Source: Ancylonema sp. (taxonomy: Eukaryota). From it: a stretch of 64,000 nucleotides of DNA. The notes under the pieces were generated by a model, which saw only the letters and a list, made by a program, of their open reading frames with translations, was not told where the DNA came from and ran no database searches. The position numbers and the translations under genes are program-made. The DNA is taken from positions 1 to 64,000 of the forward strand of contig JBFLGF010000001.1 of assembly GCA_050230475.1 (NCBI GenBank). Direction: 5' to 3'. Shown here in pieces: positions 13,702-34,967 of this stretch (position 1 is the first letter of the stretch; the number at the start of each line of letters is the position of its first letter).

Positions 13702-15574
13702 ACTCCCCTCTTATGCGGGAGCAATTCCAAATTTCGGATCTCGTGCCCCTCCATTCCAGCTTGTAGACGTCGCCTTGATCACAGTATAGTCACTAGCAAT
13801 TGATCACTCTCTGCTTTAAGGACGGCTCTTTGATTAATTCATCAGTTTCATTGCTCTTCCGAGAACGGAGAGATGCCTGTGTTTACCTCTGATAACAATA
13901 CGGGTAGAAATAACGAAGGTCGTAGTAATTTTCGTTATTTTTGGTTATAGAGAAGCTTGGGTGTCTAGTGGCACTGTGGTTGTCCGCCGTGGCTTTTAGC
14001 GGCTAAGGAGTGAAGCCCTGATCGACAGCAGGCAGGCTCTGGTCAAAACTTTTGTCTGTTCCCTATATTAAGCAAAATTTGTGATAAAATGACTCACGCT
14101 TGTCTTCAAGATCTTTCTGATTGCGAAGTTTTGAATCACTGATGCACTTTCTGCGACATACTGTCACTGCGACCAATGGGGTTCACGAACAGGAGTGGAG
14201 GATGATATCAGAGTTGATTATGCACTGATCGAGTTCTGAGCGGTTAGGACTGATTTGCAAATCCTTGGGGATTTGGAAGAAAAGAAGTTCACAGATTACA
14301 GTCCATGACGTGTCTCTTTTTCTCTTCCTGCTTTGTTTGTTCCATTGTTTTTTTCTTTTTTTTTCATGAGGGTCACGTTTCTAAGAAATTGTTTTTACTC
14401 TCTTATATGTTTTCTGATTCTCCTTTGTGACGATTGGAGTAACAACCAAGCAAGTGTAGTTAAGTATGGCTCTAAGACACTGTGGGTGGTTTGTGAACCT
14501 ACTGATGTACCACTCAGAATATAATGCTGGAAATGTGAGTTGTTATTACAGATGGTGACATTGGCAGTTCCCTGTTACGTGTCCTACATTTTGTTGAAGC
14601 ACCCGTACCAGCAGGGTTCTACCGACTCCAACAGTTAGGCATGGTTTGATTGGAAACAGTTGTCTGCTGGCTGAGAGGCAAACGAGATATTGTTTTGAAT
14701 TCCGACAGTCATGTCACGCCAGCCTGTCCAGTTGCAGGAGCGCGATACGAGAGGTATTGAGAATTCAAGAGTGAGTTATCAAAGAAGCAAATGCTCAGGT
14801 TACAAAAAATTATCGATGAGAAAAGTGATAGCGAATAGTCAGTAGCATAGCCTGCTCCTCTTGTTTCCCAATAGTGTTATACTCTTGCCAAAGTGATTAC
14901 CCACATTGCGAAGAAAAAAAAAGATCCACAGGTCCTGACAGCCCACCTTTCCTGACCACCTGCTGCCTTTAGTTCTCTCCTAAAATTACATGCATGAATG
15001 AGTGCAATTCATCCCAGCCTATCCGCATGCAGGAAGCCAAGCACTCAGATTTTGTGGTGTAGGCTCTAACACGGAACTGGCAAGGTCTGCCTCCCACCGA
15101 CCCGAAAGGGTAAAAAAGGGGGTGCTGATGTGAGGGAGCTTTGGAAGAGAAAAAAAGAGACCTCCGGATAGCAAGTCAACCACCCACTATGTAAACATTA
15201 GCTGGCGACAAATTCATCTCCCGTCTCTGTGGAGGTCCACAAGCTTCTTCAGGGAATGTTCCCGTTGACATCCAAAATTGCAGCTTGCCAAATAAATAAA
15301 TAAATAACAATCCAAAATAAAGATCACATCTTGTATCCAGCCAAAAACGTAGCAGATGCTACTTTCCCCAAGACACACTGCGCAGCGCCTCTCCATGTCC
15401 ACGTCAACCTTCCGACAGACCTTCAAAAAATGCATTACCCACGCTTTCTCTCGCACCACAAATAAAAAAACAGAAACCCCAAAAGTGCCCAGCCACCATA
15501 AAACCGCCACGTCAGCAGTAGTATAAAAATAATAATAATGATAAACCGTCTGAGCCCCCCCCTCTAGCCCCCCT

Positions 15575-16273
15575 TCAGACAGGGAGCACATTGTCCGAAT
15601 CCGCTTGCGCAGCCAGCGTCTCTCTGTTGTCATGCGCCCAAAACGCGGCGATGTCGATGAGCATAGCGGCCACCGTATGGCCCTGGCCGCACTGCAAAAG
15701 ATCCTCCAGGGTGATGCGCAGAGGGTCCTGGGGTTTAACCATGTCGAAAATCTCGTCCTTGACGTCTTCTATGACCAGTTCGTAGTTCCCCCCTTCCATC
15801 CATCTTCGGTGCACAGACCTGGGGAAGAAAGGCGGCCACTCATATTATGCCACGTGTCCCACCCCTCCCCCCAAAAAAAAACAAACAAAACAAAAAGAGA
15901 ACAAAAAAATAGAAAATAATAGAAAAAAAAAAAAACACACACACACACACACCCACACCTGAACATGGTGTATATGTCTGCTGCCGTCAGGTACCCGTTC
16001 CCCCTCAGGTCTAAACAACGGAAGATGTACGCGAGGCCTTCCCGCGTCTGCTTATTCTCGAGCGCCAGCAGAAGTTCCAGAAAGCATCCCAAGTCCATTT
16101 CCCGACGGTCCCCTCGCTCCCCACGACTCCGCCGAACTTGCTCGTCAAAAACTGAACACCACAAAAAGCTCACGGAAATGAGACCAGTAGGGGAGGGAAA
16201 AAATATTTTACAAAATATTATGGGTGGGAAGGAAACACTCACTTCACAAACGTAGGAAAGGAAGACAGAACGA

Positions 16274-16305
<32 letters not shown>

Positions 16306-17325
16306 CACTTGTCGTTCTTCTTTTTTCTCCTCTTTTTTATCCTACTCCATTCATCAACATATCCCTCCTGCAAATTCGACATGTTCCTCTTCCGCACCAG
16401 AAAACGCCATCCCCCAGATGTCACCTCTTTCTATAAATAGGTCCGTCAGGCTTTCGTTGCTCATCCTTCCCACCTCCTCCTTGCTCAACGCCCCGCTGTG
16501 ATCCACGTCCAAACCAAGGAACTCATCTGGCACGTGCCAGGGAAGGAGACGCCACGTCAGCAAAACGCAACAGCACACGCCAGGTCATCAATTCACTTTT
16601 ATAGTCTCTTCGGGGGAGCTACAAGAGTGGATGCAAATCGCGAGGATGCGCACGACCAGGTGTTTCTTTAAATACCGATAAATGAAACCATTGGGTGCGA
16701 AAATTAAATGGGATTTGTAGCACTTCAATGGATTTTGCCACGCCAGCAGAAGGTATTCCACGTCAGCATGGGGTTGCCTTACGGTACACTGCTTTGGTGT
16801 GCTCCAAAGAGAACCAGTTGGCAGCGACCTCCTCTTCACTACACCCCTCCTGCGAGGTGGGGGGGGGGAGAGAGAGAAATGGAAAAAGTGAGTGAATGAA
16901 GTTTCTCATGTCGAATTTGCAAACTCCAAATATACTATAGCTACAGGTATAGGTATAGGTCTACGTGTCGAACAGGCGGTACGACTGTAAGATCGAAACC
17001 GCGGTTGGATTCTTGTGCTGAGCTAGGAGACGAGACGAGACATACGTACTATGGTACATATTATGGACCTATGTCAACTATCGTCATCATTATTACCTAC
17101 CATTGTTTACTTGTATGTTTCCTTGTATGTTTACTTGTATGTTTACTTGTATGTGTACTTGTATGTGTACTTGTATGTTTACTTGTATGTTTACTTGTAT
17201 GTGTACTTGTATGTGTACTTGTATGTGTTCTTGGGATCATCTGGAATCAATAAAGCGATTACTACTGAGATTGTAATCATCATTTTTATGAAACCATAAT
17301 GATGATGATGAGATCATCATCCTCC

Positions 17326-17358
<33 letters not shown>

Positions 17359-18114
17359 CCATAACCGTCATCCTCAATGTCTGATTGTTAGTAATGATAC
17401 TACTATTAGTACATCACAGTAGAGTTGTTACTGATCATGTTGTTGTAATGACTGATTCTCTATAATAAGAAGTCCATTGACTCTAAATTTATAATACTTG
17501 TGATCATCATTACTTTGCTCCAAAACATGATGAGTGAGATTACATAATCTACCAGAATCATTGTCTTGCATCATCCATCTGATTCATTTTTTCATTATAT
17601 TTTCCGTTCAATTATATGCACTATCTTCCTACTCATTGACACCCCCTGAGCAATATCCAAAGCCATTCACAACTACCACAACCGCAGTCTTTACGACAAA
17701 AGTGACGGCGATCGAGAGACTACTTTCCGAAAAAAGCACCAAAAAGCACCGAGAGTCAAAACTGTACGATTCAATCATTACACCTTCACAATGTTCTCCG
17801 TAGATCCTCGATTACTATTCTCCTGATTTTCTTTCGTTTTTATTTTCGCATGCTTCCCAATACCTGGGACCCACTCTCTCACCTGCCTCAGCTCCATGAG
17901 CTCGGACAGAACGGGACTCAATAATATTTCTCGAATCAATAGCTTCCCTGTCGGGAGAACCAAAAACCGAAATTCAAAATCCGAGAAAGGAAACCCTAAA
18001 CGTTGACTTGGGGACCGCTAACAATTATTTGTCTGTAGTGACTTTTAGTTCATCTATCATAGCCTCCAACCAGCTGGAACAGTCATAACGAGGCACATTT
18101 ACCACACAAACCAA

Positions 18115-18148
<34 letters not shown>

Positions 18149-21100
18149 AACATGTTGACACGTTACCATGTGGTTGACATGGGAACTGCGTTGTACACCT
18201 TTTGATATAGAAGTGAACAGACTGCACACTCAATCATCACAATCATCACAAACATTGTTTATTTTCCTTACCTCTTCGTTGAGGGTCGCAAAAGAAGAGG
18301 AATTTCCTGGCTGCGATCCGGCAATAGAGCGATAAAAAGGAGGGGTCCATAAATTGAAGCAAACGGAGATTGGGAACCAGTTGGGCGATGTACGCCTCCA
18401 TCTCCTAAAAATAAACCCCACCACTGAACCAGGGTCAATTTTCAACCCTATGAGGGGGTTAGGACGGGAACAATATCGTGGGAGAGGGGGGAGGAGGTGA
18501 AGGTCCTTCGACCTTGAGTTTAAATCGACCGGAAGCTGAACGTAGTACGGAAGTGTTCTGTAATATCTGTCGAATTTAATCCCGGTCGGGAGTGGAAACA
18601 AATTTTGATTTATGAAGGCCATCTGTAAAAACAGGATGGATCTCTGGCGGCAATAGAGTAGTGGGCAGGATGAATCTGACATCAAATCCGACAGGAGACT
18701 GATCAACTCAGAGTCATTTACGCATGTCCACCTTTTCAGGCGTCGTGTACTCAGGCGCCCGTCGTTTATTGTACTCCTTCCACGTCATACAGTCAGTGCC
18801 TTCCGATGTTGCTTTGACTTGTGGACCCATTCAGAAGTCTGCCTCCTTGAGCATAACGCGAACAATGAAAAGCAAAATAACTGTCCTCCACACCGAGTCA
18901 TAGATCCCAACCCTTCCTGTTACAATATTCCACGTGTCCATCTCTCATCCCGTTCTGCATGCAGGCGACACGTGGGAAGAACGGCCCATGGACCACAAAC
19001 TGTAGCTCTGACTGTAGCTATGGCTGTAGCTGTGGCTGTGGTGGCTGTGGCTTTGAGTTGAGGCAGATGGGAAGACAGGAACTCGTACTGGTGAGAGGGG
19101 GGTTTCACTAAAGCTTGCACACGTGCATACCCGTACAAGAACCGTACCATACATACATACACACCTGTACCGGACATGCATCAGATAACCATGCGTCATG
19201 CATACACACATACAGCCTGTGTACATACAACCATATTGTCGGCAGGAGTACACATACACTGACATGCATACATGCACACATGCACACACGGAATCACACA
19301 GACATGCGTACAGACTTACAGACGTATTTACACACACACACACACATACATATCGACCTAATTGAAAGAAGAGAGAGAAAAGAGAGAGAGAACCCACCTG
19401 AGGCAGCAGGGATCCGTCTACGTCGCTATCCAACAGGCACATGTCGATTCGTGATTGGGCCATGGACACCTGGACACAACAGACACTCCACAAGGCCAAA
19501 ATACAAACAATGATTCAACCCCTCCATAAAAAAAATCTCGATGTAAGAAACCAGAAGAAAAATTTGGAACGTTGTTTGTTGTGTGAAACACTACGTTCCT
19601 TCCATATCGTGCAGGCAACCTTCAATCCCCCACGAATCATCTGCCAAGGTGCTTGATTGGGGTAACGAAATGGCTATTATTCAATATTCATACTCATGCT
19701 TTTCAGTGTATGCTCTCATTACTGAAATTCGAAAATTGCGAGGATCGAGTATAAGATTGAGCACCCTAGACAAAAAAAATTGAATTTCTTTGTTGGGGCA
19801 CAATTAAGGGTTAGCGATACTTGATGAGAAAACCGGCCAGGGATATGGGGGTGGAAAGCATGAAGCTCCTAGGATGTGACACACGTGGTTACCATGTGAT
19901 GTTTTTTATTGTATTGGAGAATCCCCAAAAAAAAAAACAAACAAACAAATAAACTGTGTGCTAAGAATTTTCTTATATCAAGGATTTTAAGGGTTTTTTA
20001 TTGCCTTCGAACATGATTTTGTTTTTTGTGTTTTTTTTTTGGTTTGTTTTTTCTTTCTTTCTTTTCCTTTTTCCTTTTCCGTTTTTGTCCCCCCCTCTTC
20101 TTCACGTCGTCTCCCCCATCACATCTCTTCTTCATGAATGCTTTGTTATTTTTGTTTTGTTTGTCTTTTTTTTTATTTTTTAAATTGTTCTTTCCTTTTC
20201 TCATGTCTCACCCATCTCATCACATAGAGGTAGAAAGGAAGAATCGCGAGTCGCCCAAAATCGTCTGCCTCAAAAATGAGAAACGTGGCGGCGCTAAAGT
20301 ACCGCAAACAGCGCGGACCAATCATGTGGCCGCAAACAGCCGCCACCTGGCAAAAGTCATCATAGTTTATCTGCAGGCAATGGCAGAATCCGGCAAAAAT
20401 CCCAACCAGGCAGAAGTCAACTTCTGCTACTTCTGCCCGTATAGCCCCGTGGCAGAGCACACATTGTGCCACCTGGCACGTCTTAAATGATTCTTTCCTC
20501 CCGACTCAGAAACTGCCACGTGGCCCAGTGAAAGAGTGCCACCTGGCAGCATTCTGGCCATTCGGAACGGCATCTTTGTACCCCCACTCAATCATAACCT
20601 GCACTGACTTGTGCATTCGATTCACTGAACCTGGAAATTCAGGCACCTGACTGCAGACCCTTAAAAAAGCTTAGGCAGGTCAAATGCGAGTGGAATACAG
20701 ATATATGTTTTGATAACCGTACCCGCTCTCCTGTCAAGTCATCCGGCGGTGTGCGGTTTTCGCGCAGGCATCCCCACAACTGCTCCAGCTCTCGTTGGTC
20801 TAGCAGGGCTTCTGCCTCTTTCTGCCACGTGGCAGAAAGGAGGCGTCAGAAAGTGGGCAGAAGTGGCAAATAGAACATAATTGATGAGATTCGGGTTGTT
20901 CTATGGGTGACCTTCTGAAAAGATCCTGAAGGTTCTCATCATTACCATGCCACCGACATACAGTCACTGGGTGTGACAGGTGGCAGTCCTCGGGTATCAC
21001 CATTGCGAGTTGTCTTTCCAGCCCCCAATGATATGTACCCCTTCAAAAAAATCCGAAAAAGTACTCGTGAACATCCCCAAGTATCAAACGCGGTCTCCAA

Positions 21101-21988
21101 TCCATTCCAGGGAGGTGTTACTGTATAGAACCGTAACCGTAACCGTACCCGCAGTCGTCCCGCCGTGACCGTCGTACCTTGTAGAACCGTAACCGTGCTG
21201 CTCGCTGGATCCTCGCAGCCAGGGAGGTTGGGGCTTGTTTCTGAATCCCGGACCCGGGACCAGGGTAAGGGGCGGCCGAAAACGGCAAATCGACGGGAGA
21301 ATTGCGAACGGCATTGGTGAGTCCCGTTCCCACTTGCCTGCTTGAAGAATTGGGGGATCGCATCCTCTTGGGGCTTCTCAGCGCCGTTTTGCGTCATCTG
21401 GCGCATATGGCGCTCCGTATCTTCTTCTGCTCTCACCATCTAGTGGGGCAGGTGTTACTAGATTAGACTTGAATTTATGTGACCCGACTTAACTTGACTT
21501 GAATTGACTTCAGGGTGGAGTTTTGGGCCATCAGGTGGGGATATTTAGAACCAAATTACCGGGCCGGTAAAAGTGCGGGGTCCAGATGTGACACGTGGAT
21601 TGCGATATGGGTAGGTGTCTGACGAAATACACTCACGTGAAGGTCTTTTACAGTCACCTCTAGGAGGCGTAATGCACCCAAATTTCGATTGTACGTTCCA
21701 GCACTTATGTATTCTGCCTGCATTTGATACAGGAGGTGAGAGCATCGCCCTACTTGGCAACTCACCGAGCGACGGCTGTCCATCCATTGGCTCCTCCGAC
21801 TGGGCGGACTGAAGCGCGCGGACCCACAGCTGCGGAGGCCTAACGGCGAGACCCTGGCCAGTTCCGGACCCACTTGACGACCGCAATGATCCGCGAAGAC
21901 TTGAGCTAACGGAGAGCAGTCCGGGGCCGGACTCCAATACATCCGCCCCATTCGCCCAAGAATACCCCGTGACGTCACCCGATCCCAT
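15575..21988 (-). CDS. TON2: PP2A regulatory subunit B'' TON2/FASS (PPP2R3C-like), ~12 exons
   Basis: Exon translations follow plant TON2 in order: PPQLWVRAL; IPQFFKQ; SLAARIQRAARLRFYK; LEQLWGCLREN; INYDDFCQVAAVC...GRLAILPFYLYVMR; VSMAQSRID; EMEAYIAQLVPNL...YCRIAARKFLFFCDPQRRG; ILLSPVLSELMEL; NWFSL; LTDLFIER; VFDEQVRR...LALENK...FRCLDL; EDVKDEIFDMVKP...FWAHDNRE. The exon 1/2 junction is uncertain. Confidence 0.93.
17108..17228. repeat. 12-bp tandem repeat (TACTTGTATGTK)n in a TON2 intron; a (CAT)n run follows at ~17300-17360
   Basis: About ten units read directly from the sequence. Confidence 0.9.
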
Positions 21989-22364
21989 CGGCTATCTCGT
22001 GGGGGTTAGAGGCATGGAGCAGGTGAAGAGCAGTCCGAGAGGTCCTGTACCATGCACTTGTGGCTCTATCCAATGCGGAGAGTATGATGTCGTGGCCGGG
22101 AGTGCCTGCAGGTGCAACGGGGCAAAATACGGGAGGGCGTGGGTCGGGCGTGAGGAAGATGCTCGACCGTCGTTGACACGTGTCTGATATATGCGTGGAG
22201 ATGGTTCACACGAGGCGCTGAGTGGGAATTGTGGAGCAGCTCGCAGAAACTTCAGGCAGGAGAAGAGCACGACCCGTGCCAAAACCGAGCTCAGTGGCGA
22301 GCCCATTTATTGCTTTGACGTTTCGGCGCCATTGACTTCTACACCTGTTCAGCTGAAAATGCTG

Positions 22365-22820
22365 ACACCGCATTTTCGGATCGCGGTAGGGGATTGCTAC
22401 CGCGTAGCTATCCCCCTACCGAGTCCCGGTAGGGCAAGGTCACTAGCCCGGTCGGGCATCTGTGGAGGGCAGCGGTAGGTGGTAGGGAAATCGGTATTTT
22501 TTTGTGCCGGGTTAAGTAACCCTATGATATTAACCCTGATTTGGGAGGCGGGTTATCTGGATATTAACCTCGAGTTTAAGGGTTAAGGGTTATTTGGGTT
22601 AAGGGTCGACCCCCACTATTGTAGGGGAAAATGGTGGGGAGTAGGAGTCGATCTGTTTTTTTCTTAAAGCGTTAAAGGTAGAAGTTGCAACAACAAAAAT
22701 CATACGGGCGCGATCCGGTTGGTGTTAACTCCCTACCCCCTACTCATATTTGGGTCGCGGTACCTACTGCGAGGGCTATCGCGGTAGATGGTAGGGCGGT
22801 GTCGCTAACTCTAACCAGGA
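22365..22820. mobile_element. MITE-like element between TON2 and EDM2
   Basis: GACACCGC ... GCGGTGTC inverted ends with many CGGTAG/CTACCG subterminal motifs. No TSD resolved. Confidence 0.4.
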
Positions 22821-25241
22821 CCATTAAGAACGAAGCTTTGACCAACTTTAGACATTGTCTATCGGAATTAAGGCTAGGGCGCAAATGCCCAACAATCAAC
22901 CGCTAAACATCATTTTCTTAATTGTTCTTTTATTTTCTTTCTATGCACTTATTTTCTTTAATCTTAATATTACATATTAAGACATGTACATGCACATGCA
23001 CATGCACATGCACATGCATTTTGCATGTTTCATCTCAATATTGTCACAATCCATTATCCAATCAACCATCCCTCATACCATTCGTATTCCTTCTTGACAT
23101 GTTAACATCTATATTTCATCTTCTACTACGTTATCGAAATTGAAAGAGAACGCAAAGGCCGGATATTGAAGAATTTTATCTTAGTCGTCGCCACCAAAAT
23201 TTTGCACATGCGGAAGATGGGTCGATCAAACATCCTTGTAAAGTGGAGTGTGTGTGGGATACAACGTTCAGATCCGGATGCGAGAGTCGTCCGACGTTCT
23301 TCATAAAAAAAATGGTATAGGATCGTACTCTCAAGTTGGTGGCGGATCCGGACCCCGACTGAACTCGGAAATACATGCATACACCATGCGATACCCTACC
23401 AGGACTCGGACAACTTCCGGAAAACATCGTAAAGAATACCATTTAGATAAAGAAAACCATTTTTTTGGCCGTTTTCTGAGTTGTGTAAACGCGAGCACTT
23501 GGAAAATAGAATTTGAAAGAATCCTCGCCATTTGGGTGCGCTGATGAAACCACATTAAATTTTGAATAAACAAATTAAAAATTGTTAAAACGATTCGGGA
23601 AATCCCCTTTCTTCTATGTAGTGCCGAGGTTCAGATTTAATCGAGTTTTCCGTGAACATTCAAGAATCATATAAGATGCCCGCTACCGGCAAGCGGAAAG
23701 ATTCAAAGTTGCACCAGTCCGCGAAGGGCGAACGCCAAATGCCAAAACGCCGGAACGTGAAAGTTATGGGTTGTGGCAAGCGTTGTGATACACCCATCGC
23801 TTGTATGGTTGTTTTGCTAACGTTGTACGGACGCTTCCAAAACGGTAGTACATTTTCTATATTTCATAGAGCACACGTCAGTGTAAGTGTATGGTCGTCA
23901 GAGGCCTTTACAATCGTACAATCGTACAATCGTACAACCGCCTTGATAACCGGCGGACTTGATATGTTATGTATATTTTTATTAGTTGCTCACTCTTCGT
24001 CTTATTTGTGACATTTGTCATTCTTATAGAGATAGTTAGAAAGAAAGCTTCTTTTAAATTGATTGGCAACTCAAAACAACGAGTTTCAAAGTTTGTCGAT
24101 TTTGTTACATTATAAACGAACACTTTCTTTATAAGCGATTTTGTAGCTCCAAACTCTGATCTTATCATGTTTAGACATTTAGTGCACCAAGAAAATTCCG
24201 TGTACCACATTTCAGATCCTAATTCCGAGTTGTTTGTCGTATAGCCGAATACTTTCATTCTAGTGTGCACATATTATGCTAGTCAGTTTGTCAATATCAT
24301 CGATGAGTTGTCGCAAGTGCTAGTCAGTTTACGCCATTTGTGCTACGCCGTTTTACGCCTTCATAATCTGAAATGTTTTTTGAGATCATTTGTTTGCACT
24401 CCTCAATATTTTCCCTGTTTCCATCGCGAATTCCTCGCGCCCGCTTTCAGATTCATGCAATTTGCATAATCGCCATCGTTTGACGTTCCCCGTAGCACTT
24501 GCCGTTGAAAATGAATGATATTTCGCAAAGGAATGCGTTCTCAAAATGGGGTTCCGGTAGATTTTTGTTGGTTGGGTGCAATTATGGAAGGACACGCGTG
24601 GATTGAGGTAGGTGTAAACGAGATTGTGTTCAAAGAATGTAGATGATAATAATCAAATGGTGTTGGTTTTGCTTCGTGCTATACTAGTATGCAAAGATAC
24701 CCATATGGGTAGGATGCTTTTGTCAACACACATATTACAACTTCTTTCTGAATTTGTGTGACTTTCAATTTGTGTTTGTTGGCTAGTTATCCTATCGCGA
24801 TAGGTATCTTATAAAGGTATCTCGTAGCAAAAAGTTCATTGTAACGAAGTTCATTATATCGAGTTTCCTATCGCCTTTCCGTACATCTCCACCCGCTTGC
24901 TCCGCCTTCCGGGGAGGCGCCAACCAACTCGGGGGTAACAACTCGTCTGGCTCACGATGGGTGCCGGAAACCGGAATGCTTGGAGGAGCTGAAGCTCAGG
25001 TAGAGCATGCCCGAGGATAGTGAAAACAGCCCTTTAGTCACATATATTTCCTAGGATTATAAGTTCTCTACTGGAGGATGTACAAGGCCGCTGCCTGCGC
25101 TCTGGCTTTGAAGATGGGCTAACATAAATTAAATCTACAAGCTATCGATAATGATTTTGGTACAAGTTTCTGACGCTACATACTGTACACTCTGATGATA
25201 CCTGTATATATCCAGTAAGCTGAACTGATACCTTTGCCGAC

Positions 25242-32035
<6,794 letters not shown>

Positions 32036-33623
32036 CCGTATGATGCAACCTACTACCCACCCCCTCCCCACCACCAACCTCCCCCCCACATACCTCCCCC
32101 CCACCAACCTCCCCCCGACCAACCTCCCCCCCCACCTCCCGACCAACCTCCGCCCCCTCCGCCCCCTCCCCCCCCTCCTTCCATGTTTACGGACATTGAC
32201 CAGCCACAGATGGATTGATCCCCACTTCCGCCAACCTCTTTCCAAGAACCTTCCTAGAACCTTCCTAGCTTTGGCGACAAAAAAACTTGTGGGAAGCTTC
32301 CTCCCTTGCCTGGCCCTGACTACCGCTAACTCCTGCGACTCACCCACCACCACGTCGCCCATGTGTGTTTTTTTTTTTTTTGGGAGGATGAATCTTCTTT
32401 GTTGTACATAGGGAGGATGTGGAACGACGAAGCTGGTTTCAATGCTTGTACGGCGTTTGTGAAGTGATGTTTGTGTAGGTGCACAGTTTGGAGGTTTGTT
32501 ATTTGGTTAGTCACCATCGGTTCCGGAATGAGAATGTAAACCAAAGTCATGGGAGTTGGAGCAAAATGTTCAGAATGAGAATTCTTTGCTCGTTCTCTAT
32601 CCGTCCGTGGTCTTCGTTGAGAGACTTGAGGGTGGTGTGTGTCTCTTAACGACAATTGTTGAGACCTCAATAACTCGGAATTTGGTGGAGAGCTAGCCAT
32701 TCGAGCTTATGGCTCGAACAAACGGTTCACATAATCTTCATCATGAAGTAGGAAAGAATCCACCGATCACACATCATATCATTCTTACATAATGTGATGT
32801 GAAAGCGATTTTCTGAATGCAACCATTTTCCATATGCGCTCAGTCACGATATTTGGATATCGTTTTATTGCAGTAAAAAAACAAATAGACGACAGCGTCA
32901 GCACCTATCCATAGTGTATAGAACGTCTACTAAAATCATAAAATGTGAAATTTTATTATGTTAGGTCAACACTAAGTGTCAAGACCAAAGCGTCATCACA
33001 TCATATATACAATACTCGCCACCACTTCACAACTTTTTAAGGCATAAACAAGAAGAATCATATCAATAACTCCGTCGCGCCACGTCACACGAAGAATGTG
33101 CAAAACACAATTTTGAGACACATATTTGCGACAACCACACTCCTGACTACAAGAGCGAGGGGTTTGATTTCAATCTAGATATCAAAATCAAACAAACAAT
33201 CTTACTATATACGCTATTAGAATCATGTGCGACCGGCTTAAAGAAGAGCCTAGTGAGTTGTTTATCTCAAAAGTGTCTAGATTTCGGGTTGTTATCATAT
33301 GTTTGAAATTTTGGGATCTCTTTCTTTTTCTTGTGATTAGATAGCGAGACAAATGTTGGGCGCTATAGAATCGCAAGTATGAAATTCTATGAGTGAGGAC
33401 TCACATGCAGACCGAGTTGCTCGTACTCTCAGTATAACCAACTCATGTGAAACGTGTCTACTTGAATAAAACAATGGGAGATTTGTTACGGGATATATAC
33501 ATCATCAAAATTCACAAGCGAGTAAGGGAATGAACGACATAAACAAAAGTAAAAAGTTTGTGGCATTGTTGGAATAAGTCGAAACAATATGTTTTTTGTT
33601 GAGACACATCAACTGGCGTAAGC

Positions 33624-34352
33624 TTAGTAGATATCCTCAAAAATATTTCGGGGCAAGGACTTGACCGCCTCTGTTTGCTTTGCAACGACTTTTGCATTCA
33701 TCACCATGAAACATAGACAGTAATCCTTGATTTATACCGCAAGGCGGACATCTGCACGTGACAACAAATTGATGACGTTCCCCACGTCCACAAATTTTGG
33801 CAAAAGATTCACGATGTCCTTTTGGAGGACCTCCACTTGGTACATGTTTGCGAGACCCCACAAATCTGCCGCGTGCGATTGAAGGACGGTCGTTGAGAGC
33901 TGATGGTAGTAAAGGTAATCCACGAATCGGGCCGTCGAATTCGGCGATATCGACTTTTTTTGTCGTTGCTTCTTTCATGCCAGACTCAAACATTTTTTGA
34001 AATACAGGGGACATCGCCACCTGCACCCATAAGTTTGACAATCAACCTTGATGTGCGGTTGATCGGAATTAGATTTGTCGAATGCCGAAATGCATCATAC
34101 TTAGTGAAAACGAATACATACATTTGATTTTATTTGAAAAATAAATATATGCACATTACATATCCGACTATTACTGCGGGAATGAAATGTTTGTCAAGTC
34201 CATTTACTTACTAGAACCACCTTGTGAGCATTGATGCTTTCGCTGCCGACGACTCGAATCACAACGTCTGTGAACGCACCATTCGTGTAAAGATCTTGAA
34301 TGACCGTTGTCAAGGCGGGTTTCGACACGGGGAGCTCTTCGAGAAAGCTCAT
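33624..34352 (-). pseudogene. BTB/POZ-domain pseudogene, two exons
   Basis: MSFLEELP...FTDVVIRV...INAHKVVL|VAMSPVFQKMFESGMKEATTKKVDI, then a frameshift before FVDYLY, then LWGLANMYQVEVL. An in-frame TAA precedes IKDYCLCFM. Confidence 0.8.
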
Positions 34353-34967
34353 CTGTATGTCCAAAAGAATGATGTGTTATGATGTGATGTGAGATATCAC
34401 ATTTATTGAAGTGATGGGATGGAGGGTCAACAACGCAAATAGCGTTAGATGCCGCTAATCAGATGTACGCAAAGGGGAGGCTCATAAATAAATAATTCAA
34501 CGCGTATCGCAACATCATTTTTGTTTGATACCGAAGTTACATGATATTGCAAAATGGAGAGGTGATGCGATCGAAAATCGTATATAGTGCGTGGTGGAGA
34601 GTAACATATCAAACGTCACCTTCGAAAACAGGTTCATGTGTATGCTTCTTTGTGTGCTTTTGCTTGCCGTACCTCACTGTGAGACAAAGTTGGCGACGTG
34701 GGAGTATGATATCGTGGGAGAACCCATCGGACCCATGACGTCATCGTCGTGGCGTCATCGTCAACCTGCGACGTACAAGTGAGAGGAACACGAGGCGGGC
34801 CTTGTTTCTTTAGTCAATCGGACGAGATCACGTCAAAGTTTTGCATGCTGAATGAATTGATAGGAATTGATGAGTCCTCATTCAGCAAAGCAGCTCGTCA
34901 TGCCTAACGAGACCGGAGTCTCGAAAACAGTATCGGGTGGTTTTAGAGAGATTCCATAGAACCTCGT

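Noticed and set aside
14195..14245. GATGAT...CTGA box C/D-like motifs
   Set aside because: Too short (~45 nt), imperfect box C and no closing stem.
17108..17228. Regular repeats (also 4295-4335, 11094-11181) as CRISPR-like arrays
   Set aside because: Tandem units with no unique spacers, no cas genes, and a eukaryotic context.
18920..19177. YEFLSSHLPQLKATAT... as a TON2 exon
   Set aside because: The expected EMEAYIAQLVPNL exon is found at ~18405-18272, so this segment is intronic low-complexity sequence.
22574..22606. TTAAGGG/TTTGGG telomere-like repeats (also ~9832-9852)
   Set aside because: Only 3-4 degenerate units inside MITE-like sequence, not a telomeric array.
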